From a virus: DNA of 64,000 bases. The DNA is taken from IMG/VR virus record IMGVR_UViG_3300044632_001278. One strand, given 5' to 3'. Below are positions 18,248-28,918 of this stretch, in pieces (the first letter of the stretch is position 1; the number at the start of each line of letters is the position of its first letter). The notes beneath the pieces were generated by a model. The model saw nothing but the letters and a program-made list of their open reading frames with translations, did not search any database and was not told the DNA's origin. The position numbers and the translations under genes are program-made.

Positions 18248-19793
18248 GAAGTGTATTGAGGATCCAATATACTTTATGAAAAAGTATGTTAAGATCCAAC
18301 ATCCTATTCGTGGTACTTGTAACTTTGAATTGTTTCCTTTTCAAGAGACAACTCTATCAGACTTCGTAGATAATAGTCTTAATATTGTATTAAAAAGTCG
18401 TCAGATGGGTATTAGTACTCTTACAGCAGCTTATAGTTTGTGGTTAATGACATTCCATAACGATAAGAATATTCTTTGTATTAGTATTACTCAAGAAACC
18501 GCAAAAGAAATCGTTACCAAAGTTAGATTTGCTAATGATAACTTGCCGTCTTGGTTAAAAGTTCCCTGTGTAGAAGACAATCGTCTTTCATTACGTCTAA
18601 AAAATGGATCGCAAATCAAAGCAGTATCATCTGCTGGTACCGCTGGTCGATCATCCGCACTATCTTTACTAATCATTGACGAAGCTGCATTTATTGACGG
18701 TATTGAAGAAATTTGGTTGTCATCACAATATACACTGTCTACTGGTGGTAGAGCTATTATATTAAGTACGCCAAATGGTGTTGGTAATTTCTTTCATAAA
18801 ACGTGGGTAGAAGCTGAAGAAGGTAAGAACAACTTTAAAACAATACGATTACCATGGCATCTACATCCAGAAAGAGATCAAGCTTGGAGAGATAAACAAA
18901 CAGAATTGTCAGGTGTAAAAGGTGCAGCGCAAGAATGTGATTGTGATTTTAGTACATCTGGTAATCAAGTTGTGAGTATTGATATTTTAGAGTTTTATAA
19001 ACAAACTTATATTAAAGATCCAATTGAAAAACGTGGTAATAATCAAGATTTTTGGATATGGGATTATCCAAATTATAGTAAAAATTACATATTAACGGCC
19101 GACTGTGCGAGAGGAGATGGAGCAGATTATAGCGCATTTCATATCTTTGACATAGAAACATTGGAACAAGTTGCGGAATATAAAGGACAATTAACTACCA
19201 AGGATTATGGAAACTTGTTGGTAAGTGTTGCAACTGAATATAATAATGCGTTATTAGTCGTGGAAAACAATAACGTGGGTTGGGCTACACTTCAACAAAT
19301 TATAGATAGAGATTATCAAAATACATTTTATAGTGCAGCTGATTTAACTGTTATAGATGTGGAAAAAACATATACTAATAAATTAAATTCGGCGGACAAA
19401 AAATTAGTGGCCGGATTTACAACCACTAGTAAAAATAGACCATTAATCATTAGTAAACTAGAAAACTTTTTTAGAGAAAAAGGTGTTATAATCAAGTCTA
19501 AAAGACTTTATGAGGAATTGAATGTGTTTATATGGAATGGAGCTAAAGCTGAGGCTATGAAGGGATATAATGATGATTTAGTTATGTCACTAGGCATTGG
19601 ATTGTGGATTCGTGAAACAGCTTTAAAACTTAGAAACGAACAAATAGCTTATAATAAAGCAATGGTTTCTAAAATATCAAAAGTAACAAGTCAAATAACT
19701 GTGCCAAAACAAGTAAGCACTGTACCTGATCATCAAAAGACGATGGAATTTACTGTAAATGACAAAAAAGAAAGTTTAACTTGGTTGTTGTAA
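18204..19793 (+). CDS. terL: Terminase large subunit
   Basis: Walker A KSRQMGIS, Walker B LIIDEAAF, STPNG, nuclease ADCARGDGADYS and NDDLVMS. Confidence 0.95.
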   Translation: MSQPNLREIIKQEYKKCIEDPIYFMKKYVKIQHPIRGTCNFELFPFQETTLSDFVDNSLNIVLKSRQMGISTLTAAYSLWLMTFHNDKNILCISITQETAKEIVTKVRFANDNLPSWLKVPCVEDNRLSLRLKNGSQIKAVSSAGTAGRSSALSLLIIDEAAFIDGIEEIWLSSQYTLSTGGRAIILSTPNGVGNFFHKTWVEAEEGKNNFKTIRLPWHLHPERDQAWRDKQTELSGVKGAAQECDCDFSTSGNQVVSIDILEFYKQTYIKDPIEKRGNNQDFWIWDYPNYSKNYILTADCARGDGADYSAFHIFDIETLEQVAEYKGQLTTKDYGNLLVSVATEYNNALLVVENNNVGWATLQQIIDRDYQNTFYSAADLTVIDVEKTYTNKLNSADKKLVAGFTTTSKNRPLIISKLENFFREKGVIIKSKRLYEELNVFIWNGAKAEAMKGYNDDLVMSLGIGLWIRETALKLRNEQIAYNKAMVSKISKVTSQITVPKQVSTVPDHQKTMEFTVNDKKESLTWLL

Positions 19794-19814
19794 ATACTTA
19801 TATACTAGAATAAT

Positions 19815-21716
19815 ATGGCAGATAAATCTTTTCAAGAATTACGCAATCGTTCATTATTTGCACGTTTGAAACGTTTGTTTTCAAATGATGTAATTGTTCG
19901 TAATATCGGTGGTAAAAAATTAAAAGTAATTGATACTGACGAAATTCAGTATGCTACAGATCGTAATAGTTTAAGAGATCGTTTTAATAGATTACGCACC
20001 ACTTCATATAATCAATACACAAGAGATTTCAATTTATCATATCAAAGTAGTCGTGTAGAACTATTTCGTGATTATGATACAATGGATATGGATCCAATTC
20101 TAGCATCTGCATTGGATATCTATGCAGATGAATGTACAACTAGAAATGAAATGGGTGAAGTAATTCATATCAAATCATCCAACGATGAAATCAAGCAAAT
20201 TCTACACAATTTGTTTTATGACATTTTAAACATCGAATTCAATCTTTGGAGTTGGACTCGTTGTATGGTCAAATACGGAGATTTTTATCTACGTTTACAT
20301 ATTAGCCCTGAATATGGTGTTTATTTGGTAGAACCATTGAGCACTTATTATGTAACCCGTGTAGAAAACGCACATTTATCAAATAAGAATTTTGTTAAGT
20401 TCCAAGTCAACCTTCCATATGGTAATAAACTAGAAGATCTGGAAAATTATCAAATTGCACATTTTCGTTTGTTGAGTGATAGTAACTTTTTGCCATACGG
20501 AAAAAGTTCTTTAGAAGGTGCTCGTCGCGTATGGAAACAATTGAGTTTGATGGAAGACGCAATGTTAATTCATCGTATTATGCGTGCTCCTGAAAAACGT
20601 ATTTTCAAGGTTGACATCGGTAATATTCCTCCAAATGAAGTTGATAACCATATGCAACGCATTATGGATCAAATGAAAAAAGTACCATATTTGGATCAAC
20701 AAACAGGCGACTACAATTTAAGATTCAATTTGCAGAACATGGTAGAAGACTTTTTCTTGCCAGTTCGTGGTAGTGATAGTGGTACAAGTATCGAAAACTT
20801 GTCTGGTCTAGAATGGACAGGTACTGATGATATTGAATATCTGCGTAACAAAATGATGGCAGCGCTTAAGATTCCCAAAGCATTTTTAGGTTATGATGAA
20901 AGTCTAAGCGGTAAAGCTACATTGGCAGCTGAAGATATACGTTTTGCTAGAACTGTTCAACGTATTCAACGTATTATTGTAAGTGAGTTAAATAAGATTG
21001 CGGTTATTCATTTATATTCACAAGGATATAGAGATGAATCGTTGGTCGATTTTACATTGGAATTGACCAATCCATCTACTATCTTTGAAAAAGAAAAGAT
21101 CGACGTATATAAAAGCAAAGTCGAACTCTCCAAAGATATGCAAGAACAAAAAGTATTTTCTAAGAAGTGGATCTATGAAAATATTTTTGGTTTATCAGAT
21201 CAAGATATGATTGAGTTGCAAAAACAACTTATCGATGATGCTAAAGGTACATATAGATTTAAACAAATCGAAGAAGAAGGCAATGATCCAGCATTATCAT
21301 TCTTAAACAAGGACGATAAAGAAGGAGCCGGTGGATCCGGTGGTGGGCCAGGTGGTGAACCAGGCGGCGCCGAGCCAGCTGGCGGTGAGCCAGGCGGAGA
21401 ACCGCCAGGTGGAGGCGAACCAAAAGGTGGTGAAACTGGTGGGGAAAAATCAACACCCCCAAAATTAGCAGAACGTGATCAAACTGGTAGAAAAGATGCA
21501 CGTGATTATCGATTTGGCGAAGATCCATTGGGTACATTAGAAAACAATAGACGTAGTGATTTGTCTGTGACGCACAAGTATAAAAACAAGTCTCCGCTAT
21601 CACTAGAATCTATTAAAGGATTGACCGATGTACTAAAAACTTTAGACCAAGAAAAAGAAATATTACGAGAGGGAAGTAAAAAATCTTTTATGGATGAACA
21701 AAATATAAAAGAATAG
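19815..21716 (+). CDS. Portal protein (T4 gp20-like)
   Basis: QLSLMEDAMLIHRIMRAPEKRIF, EDFFLPVRG, ALKIPK; position between terL and head genes. Confidence 0.93.
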   Translation: MADKSFQELRNRSLFARLKRLFSNDVIVRNIGGKKLKVIDTDEIQYATDRNSLRDRFNRLRTTSYNQYTRDFNLSYQSSRVELFRDYDTMDMDPILASALDIYADECTTRNEMGEVIHIKSSNDEIKQILHNLFYDILNIEFNLWSWTRCMVKYGDFYLRLHISPEYGVYLVEPLSTYYVTRVENAHLSNKNFVKFQVNLPYGNKLEDLENYQIAHFRLLSDSNFLPYGKSSLEGARRVWKQLSLMEDAMLIHRIMRAPEKRIFKVDIGNIPPNEVDNHMQRIMDQMKKVPYLDQQTGDYNLRFNLQNMVEDFFLPVRGSDSGTSIENLSGLEWTGTDDIEYLRNKMMAALKIPKAFLGYDESLSGKATLAAEDIRFARTVQRIQRIIVSELNKIAVIHLYSQGYRDESLVDFTLELTNPSTIFEKEKIDVYKSKVELSKDMQEQKVFSKKWIYENIFGLSDQDMIELQKQLIDDAKGTYRFKQIEEEGNDPALSFLNKDDKEGAGGSGGGPGGEPGGAEPAGGEPGGEPPGGGEPKGGETGGEKSTPPKLAERDQTGRKDARDYRFGEDPLGTLENNRRSDLSVTHKYKNKSPLSLESIKGLTDVLKTLDQEKEILREGSKKSFMDEQNIKE

Positions 21717-21772
21717 TATAATTCCTACATATTTAACCACATTGATTATATTTATAAATAATAATAAATAAT

Positions 21773-22651
21773 ATGCACAAGAAAGCAAAACATTCGAAAT
21801 TCAAGAATGCTGGAATATTGTTTGAACTACTCACTAGACAAATAACAGCCGACATTCTAGCGGGGAGAGATGAATCATTTACCAAAAATCTGATGTTCAA
21901 GTATTTTCACGAAAGCAAAGAACTAGGAAAAGAAGTGCAACTTTACAATTTCATCCTACAACAAAAAAGCAAAGATGCTTCTTCCGCTGAACGTCTTTTG
22001 AATGTTGTTTTGCAAACACGTTCCAAACTAGATGAACGCGAATTGAACAAGCAAAAGTACAACATAATTAAAGAAATAAAAGAGAAGTATAATATAGACG
22101 AATTTTTGAAAAATAAAATTCCAAATTATAAGTTATACGCCTCTATATACAAATTATTTGAAGATCAAGATAAAAGTGAAGTCAAGTTTGATGTATCTGA
22201 ATTGTTAGAATCAAGAGAATATATTGTTGAGAGCTTAACAAAAGAAAAGAAGTCAGAACAAGAAATGATGGATGTTTATGGAAATCAAAGTGCTGAAGTT
22301 AGATTGTTGGCCTATAAATTCTTGATTGAAAACTTCAATACCAAATACAACAATCTTTTGCCAGATCAAAAGAAACTTCTAAAAGAATATATTACTAATG
22401 TTTCCAACTCCAGTAAATTTACAAAATACGTCAACGAAGAGTACAAGAGAATAAGTGGAGTATTAAAAGATCAAGTGAAGAATGTTACCTCTGAAGTGGT
22501 TAAAATTAAAATAAATGAAGTTATTAGTCAGTTTTCAACAAAATCTTGTGTTGGCGTAATTAAAGAAAATCAATTGACTTCATTGTTAAATGTATACGAA
22601 TTGATAGAAGAAATTAAAAAGATTGATGTCAAAAATGAAGCAAAATCTTAA
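21773..22651 (+). CDS. Head-region hypothetical protein
   Basis: 292-aa ORF (KHSKFKNAGILFELL) between portal and protease; ATATTTAT upstream. Confidence 0.65.
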   Translation: MHKKAKHSKFKNAGILFELLTRQITADILAGRDESFTKNLMFKYFHESKELGKEVQLYNFILQQKSKDASSAERLLNVVLQTRSKLDERELNKQKYNIIKEIKEKYNIDEFLKNKIPNYKLYASIYKLFEDQDKSEVKFDVSELLESREYIVESLTKEKKSEQEMMDVYGNQSAEVRLLAYKFLIENFNTKYNNLLPDQKKLLKEYITNVSNSSKFTKYVNEEYKRISGVLKDQVKNVTSEVVKIKINEVISQFSTKSCVGVIKENQLTSLLNVYELIEEIKKIDVKNEAKS

Positions 22652-23627
22652 ACAAAAGATTAAAAAGATTTTAACCAACCTAAAGGTTAAAAATGAAGCT
22701 AGTACAACAGGTACCGCACCTGTTGCTTCTGGTCCAGTTGCTGTTGGTGGTGACGCTGCAAGAACTCCATTTGCTTTTTCCAAAAGAGGAGCAAGACCAG
22801 ATACATACACACAATTGGGATATAAATTAGCTAAGCCAATTAAAAGAAGTCCTAATTATAAGTTGGAAAATCAAATGTATAGTGAACCAGCATATAGTAC
22901 TCCTGCTCAATCAATTGAATTGGGAGATACATATACAGATAAAAATGGATTGGTTCAACATAATGATCCAAATTTAGATCCAAATTTGATTGGTTATAAA
23001 CAAGGAAGTTTACCATTTACTGAAGGTTTTAATGGTTTAAAATATGAACAAGAAGGTCAGAAAGCTTCTGTTCCACAACCGTCACCTGCTCAACCTCCAA
23101 CTCAACAACCAAAGCAAGCCGAACCTTCACCATCTGTAGATTTAAAAACATATGATGTATTGCCTGATTTTACAGCATTTGATACCAAGTTAAAAGGTTC
23201 AACCGAGGCATTAAAGAACAATCTACAAAAAACAATCCAAGACAAAATTTTAGGTAAGAAAATCGTAGTTAGAGCCAGTAAAGGATATAAACAACCTGAG
23301 ACAGATTATACTATAAATGTAACTGGTGTTGCTATTGATTATTACTACGACAGATACGTTATTATAATAATTGGTCGTGAAGAAAATAAACAAAAAGTAG
23401 CTAAATTTTTCATCAAGCCAGGATTTAAACTTAAAATTTTAGGTAATGCTGATAATTTGAAACCAAAAGATCAATATCAAGTTGCTAAATCAAAAGCATT
23501 GGTTGACCCTCAAAGTCAACAAAATGTTGTTCCACAAAACACAATAACCGCAGATAAGCAAGACGCAACTGTTGCAAATCAACCAGATCAATCAAAACAA
23601 CCAGGAACAACACAACCTAAAGCTTAA
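22635..23627 (+). CDS. Hypothetical protein (putative head-associated)
   Basis: Long ORF overlapping the previous stop; Pro/Gln-rich linkers; several candidate Glu cleavage sites. Confidence 0.6.
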   Translation: MKQNLKQKIKKILTNLKVKNEASTTGTAPVASGPVAVGGDAARTPFAFSKRGARPDTYTQLGYKLAKPIKRSPNYKLENQMYSEPAYSTPAQSIELGDTYTDKNGLVQHNDPNLDPNLIGYKQGSLPFTEGFNGLKYEQEGQKASVPQPSPAQPPTQQPKQAEPSPSVDLKTYDVLPDFTAFDTKLKGSTEALKNNLQKTIQDKILGKKIVVRASKGYKQPETDYTINVTGVAIDYYYDRYVIIIIGREENKQKVAKFFIKPGFKLKILGNADNLKPKDQYQVAKSKALVDPQSQQNVVPQNTITADKQDATVANQPDQSKQPGTTQPKA

Positions 23628-23634
23628 CACATAT

Positions 23635-24237
23635 ATGAAACAAGTATTGATAGACATATTACCATTTGAATTTAAAAAGACATCTTTAAATGAATCTCTT
23701 AAAGATGGAAAACTATACGTAACCGGCGTATTACAACGTGCGGATGCAAAGAATCAAAATGGAAGAGTGTACCCAGAAGATGTACTAAAGCGTGAAGCTG
23801 AAAAGTATATGCAAAACTTCGTAAAACAACGTCGTGCTATGGGTGAGTTGGATCATCCAGAAAGCAGCGTGGTTAACTTAAAGAACGTTAGTCACAACAT
23901 TGTTGATATGGGTTGGGAAGACAAAGATTTGGTTGGAACAGTTGAAATACTGCCCACACCAAGTGGTAATATTCTTAGAGATTTATTGCAATCTGGAATT
24001 TTATTAGGTATTAGCAGCAGAGGATTAGGCAGTGTTAAAAAAGATATGAGAGAAGGTGCCGACATTGTACAAGACGATTTTGATTTGATCGCATTTGACT
24101 TTGTAAGCAATCCTAGTACACAAGGTGCCTTTATGTATCCTCAAGGCAAAATCAATGAAAGTGTAGAACAAAGAACAATTGTCAACCCATACGGTAATGT
24201 AGAAAGAATTATTCACAACATTCTATCAGAATTATAA
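23635..24237 (+). CDS. Prohead core protease (T4 gp21-like)
   Basis: NQNGRVYP, GELDHP, VSH, GISSRGLGS, FDFVSNPS; ATG at 23635. Confidence 0.93.
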   Translation: MKQVLIDILPFEFKKTSLNESLKDGKLYVTGVLQRADAKNQNGRVYPEDVLKREAEKYMQNFVKQRRAMGELDHPESSVVNLKNVSHNIVDMGWEDKDLVGTVEILPTPSGNILRDLLQSGILLGISSRGLGSVKKDMREGADIVQDDFDLIAFDFVSNPSTQGAFMYPQGKINESVEQRTIVNPYGNVERIIHNILSEL

Positions 24238-24249
24238 TATTTATAAAGT

Positions 24250-24681
24250 ATGAAATTAAAACATTTACTAGAAAATTCCACTGAAGTAGCTTATAGTCCA
24301 CTTACCAAAGAAGAAAAGTCAAAAATGGTTGGTGCTATTAGATCCTATAATGAATATCGCAAGGGATTAAAAGCCGATTGTGTATATGAAACTGCACAAA
24401 AAATTATGGAGGCTGTTAATCTAGCAGAACGCTACGCAATTAAAGAATGTGGCGACTGGATGCAAGCCAAAATGGTTGAACGTGATATGAAAGAAATCAA
24501 AAGAGACGCTGCCAAAATGTATGAAGAAGCCAACAAAATGAAAGAAATTGAAAAACAACTTGAAATGTTGTATGAACAAGTTGGTATGAGATTGGAACGT
24601 TATTTTGAAATTGCCGACCAAGTACACACTGATCCAAAACCACAAGAAGGCACTATTAACTCATCGGTATCGAATCAATAA
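24250..24681 (+). CDS. Hypothetical protein (putative head-internal protein)
   Basis: MKLKHLLE start; ATATTTAT 5 nt upstream. Confidence 0.65.
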   Translation: MKLKHLLENSTEVAYSPLTKEEKSKMVGAIRSYNEYRKGLKADCVYETAQKIMEAVNLAERYAIKECGDWMQAKMVERDMKEIKRDAAKMYEEANKMKEIEKQLEMLYEQVGMRLERYFEIADQVHTDPKPQEGTINSSVSNQ

Positions 24682-25114
24682 ATTCCAACATTTTATCGAA
24701 CGATTCAAAAACGTATCTTCTATTTGCTTCTATCACATAACCTTCGTCTGTTTTATAGACGAAGGTTTTTCTTTTCTCGTTGACCATATCTAAAGATGGA
24801 ACTTCTATTTCAGAAAACATTCTGTATTCATCATCTATACGAAAATTCATTTCACCCAATATATCAATTTCCGTAAAATCCCATCCGTTTGGATTATCTA
24901 TATCTTCTAACTTAAACATTTTTTCTTCTTCAAAATTATCATTGTTTATAAAGTTAATTAATTTTGGAGACTTATAATTGTTGTAGCTATTATTCATAGA
25001 ACGCACATCTGGGTTGGAATATGGAGTTTCGTCCCCAGTTCTTTTTATAAACTTATAATTGTCTTTTGTGGAATTCATATGTTTAGCTAGATTTGGATTG
25101 AAATTATAGGCCAT
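24656..25114 (-). CDS. Hypothetical protein
   Basis: 152-aa ORF coupled to the upstream minus-strand ORF. Confidence 0.6.
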   Translation of the reverse strand: MAYNFNPNLAKHMNSTKDNYKFIKRTGDETPYSNPDVRSMNNSYNNYKSPKLINFINNDNFEEEKMFKLEDIDNPNGWDFTEIDILGEMNFRIDDEYRMFSEIEVPSLDMVNEKRKTFVYKTDEGYVIEANRRYVFESFDKMLEFIDSIPMS

Positions 25115-25697
25115 AAGAGTTAATTCTATCTATAAAGTCAGATAGGGTTTTTGTTTGTTCAGAATCTTTATTCTTATCCAAAGCAGTACTTAACATACTG
25201 AATATTTCTTTGTCTGGTTTATCAGGATAAGATCTTTGAATAAAACAAGCATATACAATTAAATTTTCATTTTTTTGATCTATGAGCTTTTTAAACACAT
25301 ATTTCTTGGTACTACCATTACTAAATATTTCAGTTTCTATTTTTGTATTTTCTGGTGGGTTAGGAATAAAATTTGTTTTTCCAAATCCACTAAATCCCGC
25401 TTGTTTACTTTGAAAAGTTAACATTTCTTTTTTAGTAAACGCAATACCTTCATTTTCTTTTAGCACTTGGTTAAATGATTTGCCTTTAATGATATCAAAA
25501 TCACTTAATGAATATTCTGCTTCATTAAGACTTTTCAATATTTCTTTCAATTTAACAAAGTGTTTTACACTACTTGGTTTGATGGTACGTGCCATCTTAC
25601 GAACTTGTGGTGAAACTTCTTTTGATTTGATTCCACCTTTTTGTAGTGCTCTTACCAATCTAAATAGTCTGGCTTGTTTTTCGCTTTTTGCAGGCAT
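25104..25697 (-). CDS. Hypothetical protein
   Basis: MPAKSEKQARLF start, internal VKLKEILKSLNE; minus-strand ATATTTAT at 25704-25711. Confidence 0.65.
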   Translation of the reverse strand: MPAKSEKQARLFRLVRALQKGGIKSKEVSPQVRKMARTIKPSSVKHFVKLKEILKSLNEAEYSLSDFDIIKGKSFNQVLKENEGIAFTKKEMLTFQSKQAGFSGFGKTNFIPNPPENTKIETEIFSNGSTKKYVFKKLIDQKNENLIVYACFIQRSYPDKPDKEIFSMLSTALDKNKDSEQTKTLSDFIDRINSYGL

Positions 25698-25852
25698 ATA
25701 TCAATAAATATAAAATATTTTCATTTGTTTCAATTTTAAATTATATTTATTATTCAAATACATCATTCTTTGATGTCACATACATTTATCTTCTTTGGAG
25801 TTCTTCAATAGCTTCACCAACAAATAACAATAAGAAAGGCAGAAATATAATT

Positions 25853-26929
25853 ATGAGCGATCTATTAAAAGAAAGCATTGCGGATGCAAAGGCTGTACGT
25901 GAAACAGCATTGGCAAATGCAAAGACCTTCCTCGAAGAAAGTTTTGCAAACAGTATGAAAGAAATGTTTGCAGATAAACTCAAGGAAGAAATGGCAGAAG
26001 AAACCGAAGCACCAGAAGGTGAAGAAGGCAAGATTGAAGAAAAACTTGCATCTTCTAACATTGGTAAGGATGACAGCAATGTTGCTACAAAACAACACCC
26101 AACCAAACCATCACCAGCTTCAAATAAAAACACAACTCCAGCAGGTAAGCAAGAATTCGACGTAAAGCTTGAAGAAGAAGCTGCCGTTGAAGAAGGTGCT
26201 GAAGTAACTAGTGAAGAACTAGACGAAATTCTAGCAGAACTAGAAGGTGAAGTAGTATCCGAAGGAGATTCCGACGATGCCGGTGAATCTGATGATTCAA
26301 TGGAAGAAGAAATTAATCTAGACGAACTTCTAGCAGAACTAGAAGGCGAAGATCCAGCAGCTGCACCAGCACCTGCTCCAGCTCCAGAAGCTCCTGTTGC
26401 TCCAGCCGCTCCAGCTGCTGAAGTACCAGCTCCAGCCCCAGCTCAAGTTCCATCTCCTTCAGAAGGTGAATACTCAGAAGAAGTATCCGCTGAAGAAATG
26501 GCAGAAGCTCTAGTAGCTATCAACGAAGAAAACGAACAACTAAAGTCTCAATTGAGCGAACACATCAAGACTGTAAAGTATTTGAAGAGTGTTCTATCTG
26601 AAACAAATCTATTGAATGCTAAGTTGCTCTACACCAACAAATTGTTCAAAGGTAAAGCTCTTACCGAAGATCAAAAGTTGAAGATCATCAACACTTTCGA
26701 CTTGACCAAGAATATTCGTGAAGTCAAGTTGGCATATACAGTTTTAGCCGAATCACTTAATTCCGGTGCATCAGTTGTCAAGAAAAAGACCAATACAACT
26801 GCTCAAACTATCACCGAAGGTTTGGCAAGCAAACCAGTATCCAGTACAAAGCCTGATTCTACCATTGTAGAACCTCAAGCTGAAGTAATGGCTTCAAGAT
26901 TCCAAAAACTCGCAGGAATCAAGAAGTAA
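25853..26929 (+). CDS. Prohead scaffold/core protein
   Basis: Very acidic, Pro/Ala linker, coiled coil, ends FQKLAGIKK; directly upstream of the capsid gene; SD-like AAGAAAGG before ATG 25853. Confidence 0.8.
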   Translation: MSDLLKESIADAKAVRETALANAKTFLEESFANSMKEMFADKLKEEMAEETEAPEGEEGKIEEKLASSNIGKDDSNVATKQHPTKPSPASNKNTTPAGKQEFDVKLEEEAAVEEGAEVTSEELDEILAELEGEVVSEGDSDDAGESDDSMEEEINLDELLAELEGEDPAAAPAPAPAPEAPVAPAAPAAEVPAPAPAQVPSPSEGEYSEEVSAEEMAEALVAINEENEQLKSQLSEHIKTVKYLKSVLSETNLLNAKLLYTNKLFKGKALTEDQKLKIINTFDLTKNIREVKLAYTVLAESLNSGASVVKKKTNTTAQTITEGLASKPVSSTKPDSTIVEPQAEVMASRFQKLAGIKK

Positions 26930-26981
26930 TTAGTTTGCGAGTAAAAACCTAACAGTAATTAATATAGAAAGAAACAAAAAT

Positions 26982-28808
26982 ATGAGTATGGATGTAAAAA
27001 GTCTATTGACAGGAAATATGAATCCACAAGCCAAATTGATGGCTGAAACACGTGGACTACAATCCAAGTGGGAAAAGACAGGCCTCCTAGAAGGTTGCCA
27101 AGGTGTTGAAAAAGCACATATGTCAATCCTATTGGAAAACCAAGCAAAACAATTGCTTGACGAAGCAACCACCACCGGTACCTCTACCAGTTCAGAACAA
27201 TGGGCTGGTGTAGCTCTACCATTGGTACGTCGTGTATTCGCTGAAATCGCCGCTAAGGAATTCGTCAGCGTACAACCAATGAATCTACCATCTGGTCTAA
27301 TTTTCTATCTAGACTTCAAGTATGGTACAACCGCTCCTGGTAGTGATTTGCGTAACTTGAACAACGGTAGTTCCGTAACTACCCGTGCAGGTAAGCAATT
27401 GAACGACAGTTTGTTTGGTGGTACAGGTAAGAAGTTGGGTTCAACTGATGACGCAGTACGTGGTCTATACGGTCAAGGTGCTTTTGCTTATTCAGTTCGT
27501 CCAGTAAGTAGCTCTGCTATTACCCTAGCTAAGAGTGCAACTGCAACCGCAACTGGTAACACCATCCAAACCGCTTCTTGGAACGACGTTCAATTTGCTG
27601 CTGAATTAAGCGCATCTGTCGTAGCTAAGAAGTTGTTCAAGGTTATCTTGAACCACGACGACAACACCACTGGTGTTGCTGGTCAAGGATATATGTACAA
27701 CGTTGACTTGAACGCAGTACGTTCATTCAACTTGATTTCAGGTTCAGTTGCACCAACTTCTCTAAGAAGCAATGGTTTGGTATTGAACACCTATTCAAAA
27801 GCAATTAACACTGGTAGTTTGAGCAATCCATTCTATCAATCCGTATATATCGTATCCGCTTCTAATAGCGCATTCGGTGGTGCAGCAAGCAACGTTAAGT
27901 TGATCTATAGTCTACAACCTACCGATAACCTACGTGGTGACTTCGAAGCTGGTAAGACCCCAGGTGAAGGTTCCGGTACCGCTGGTAACGTTCCTACACA
28001 AAGCATCGATACTGATATCAGTATCCCAGAAGTAAACTTGGTACTAAACAGCGAACCAATCGTTGCTAAGACCCGTAAGTTGAAAGCAGTCTGGACCCCA
28101 GAATTGGCTCAAGACTTGAACGCATATCACTCCATCGACGCAGAAGCAGAACTTACTGCTCTATTGAGTGAATATGTATCTATGGAAATCGATCTTGAAA
28201 TCCTAGACATGTTGAACGAAGCCGTTCAAGGCATAACAACCGAAGCTTGGTCCGCCCAAATCGGTGTTGAATTCAGCAAGGGATTGAATGCAACTACTGG
28301 TGAAGCAATCTTCACACGTAATGCAAACAGTTCACCAAACCGTACTGCTTACGTAAAGAGCACTTGGTTCCAAACTCTTGGAAACAAGATCCAAAAGGTA
28401 TCTAACACAATCCAAAAATTGACCCTACGTGGTGGTGCAAACTTCTTGGTCGTAAGTCCAGACGTTGCAACTATCCTAGAATCAATCCCAGGATATGTAG
28501 TAAACACTGATGGTGATCAAGCTAAGTTCGCAATGGGCGTAAGCCGCGTTGGTAGCTTTGCTTCTCGCTTCCAAGTTTACAAGAACCCATACATGACCGA
28601 TAACGTAGTATTGGTTGGTTTCCGTGGAAACAACTTCCTAGAAACCGGTGCTGTATATGCTCCATATATCCCACTAATCCAAACTCCATTGGTCTATGAT
28701 CCAGTGAACTTCACTCCACGTAGAGGCGTAATGACCCGCTACGCTAAGAAGGTAGTGCGCCCAGAGTTCTATGGAAAAGTTATTATCGGCGATCTCGATA
28801 CCGTATAA
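26982..28808 (+). CDS. Major capsid protein (T4 gp23-like)
   Basis: LPLVRRVF, VQPMNLPSGLIFYLDF, KTRKLKAVWTPELAQDLNAYH, EIDLEI, YAPYIPL, GVMTRYA. Confidence 0.95.
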   Translation: MSMDVKSLLTGNMNPQAKLMAETRGLQSKWEKTGLLEGCQGVEKAHMSILLENQAKQLLDEATTTGTSTSSEQWAGVALPLVRRVFAEIAAKEFVSVQPMNLPSGLIFYLDFKYGTTAPGSDLRNLNNGSSVTTRAGKQLNDSLFGGTGKKLGSTDDAVRGLYGQGAFAYSVRPVSSSAITLAKSATATATGNTIQTASWNDVQFAAELSASVVAKKLFKVILNHDDNTTGVAGQGYMYNVDLNAVRSFNLISGSVAPTSLRSNGLVLNTYSKAINTGSLSNPFYQSVYIVSASNSAFGGAASNVKLIYSLQPTDNLRGDFEAGKTPGEGSGTAGNVPTQSIDTDISIPEVNLVLNSEPIVAKTRKLKAVWTPELAQDLNAYHSIDAEAELTALLSEYVSMEIDLEILDMLNEAVQGITTEAWSAQIGVEFSKGLNATTGEAIFTRNANSSPNRTAYVKSTWFQTLGNKIQKVSNTIQKLTLRGGANFLVVSPDVATILESIPGYVVNTDGDQAKFAMGVSRVGSFASRFQVYKNPYMTDNVVLVGFRGNNFLETGAVYAPYIPLIQTPLVYDPVNFTPRRGVMTRYAKKVVRPEFYGKVIIGDLDTV

Positions 28809-28832
28809 TACTTAGTAGAAATAAAATAACTC

Positions 28833-28862
28833 AAAAACCCCAACGAAAGTTGGGGTTTTTTC
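28833..28862 (+). terminator. Rho-independent terminator after capsid gene
   Basis: AAAAACCCCAAC-GAAA-GTTGGGGTTTTT. Confidence 0.9.
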
Positions 28863-28881
28863 TTGCACTAATAAAAAATAA

Positions 28882-28910
28882 TTGACATTACCATAGAACT
28901 TGTATATACT
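28882..28910 (+). promoter_or_regulatory. Sigma70-type promoter for endonuclease
   Basis: TTGACA-17 nt-TATACT, 8 nt before ATG. Confidence 0.8.
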
Positions 28911-28918
28911 TATATTAT

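Noticed and set aside
21325-21445. GC-rich patch in the portal gene as foreign DNA
   Set aside because: Explained by an in-frame Gly/Pro/Glu low-complexity tail (GGEP repeats).
25688-25852. N-terminal extensions given by the ORF track (25688, also 14941, 15727, 23572, 51121)
   Set aside because: These upstream near-cognate starts overlap promoters, terminators or neighbouring genes; downstream ATGs fit the motif and SD context better.
26220-26350. 33-bp direct repeat ctagacgaa.ttctagcagaactagaagg.gaa
   Set aside because: Encodes a duplicated LDE(I/L)LAELEGE helix within the scaffold; not a mobile-element or regulatory repeat.
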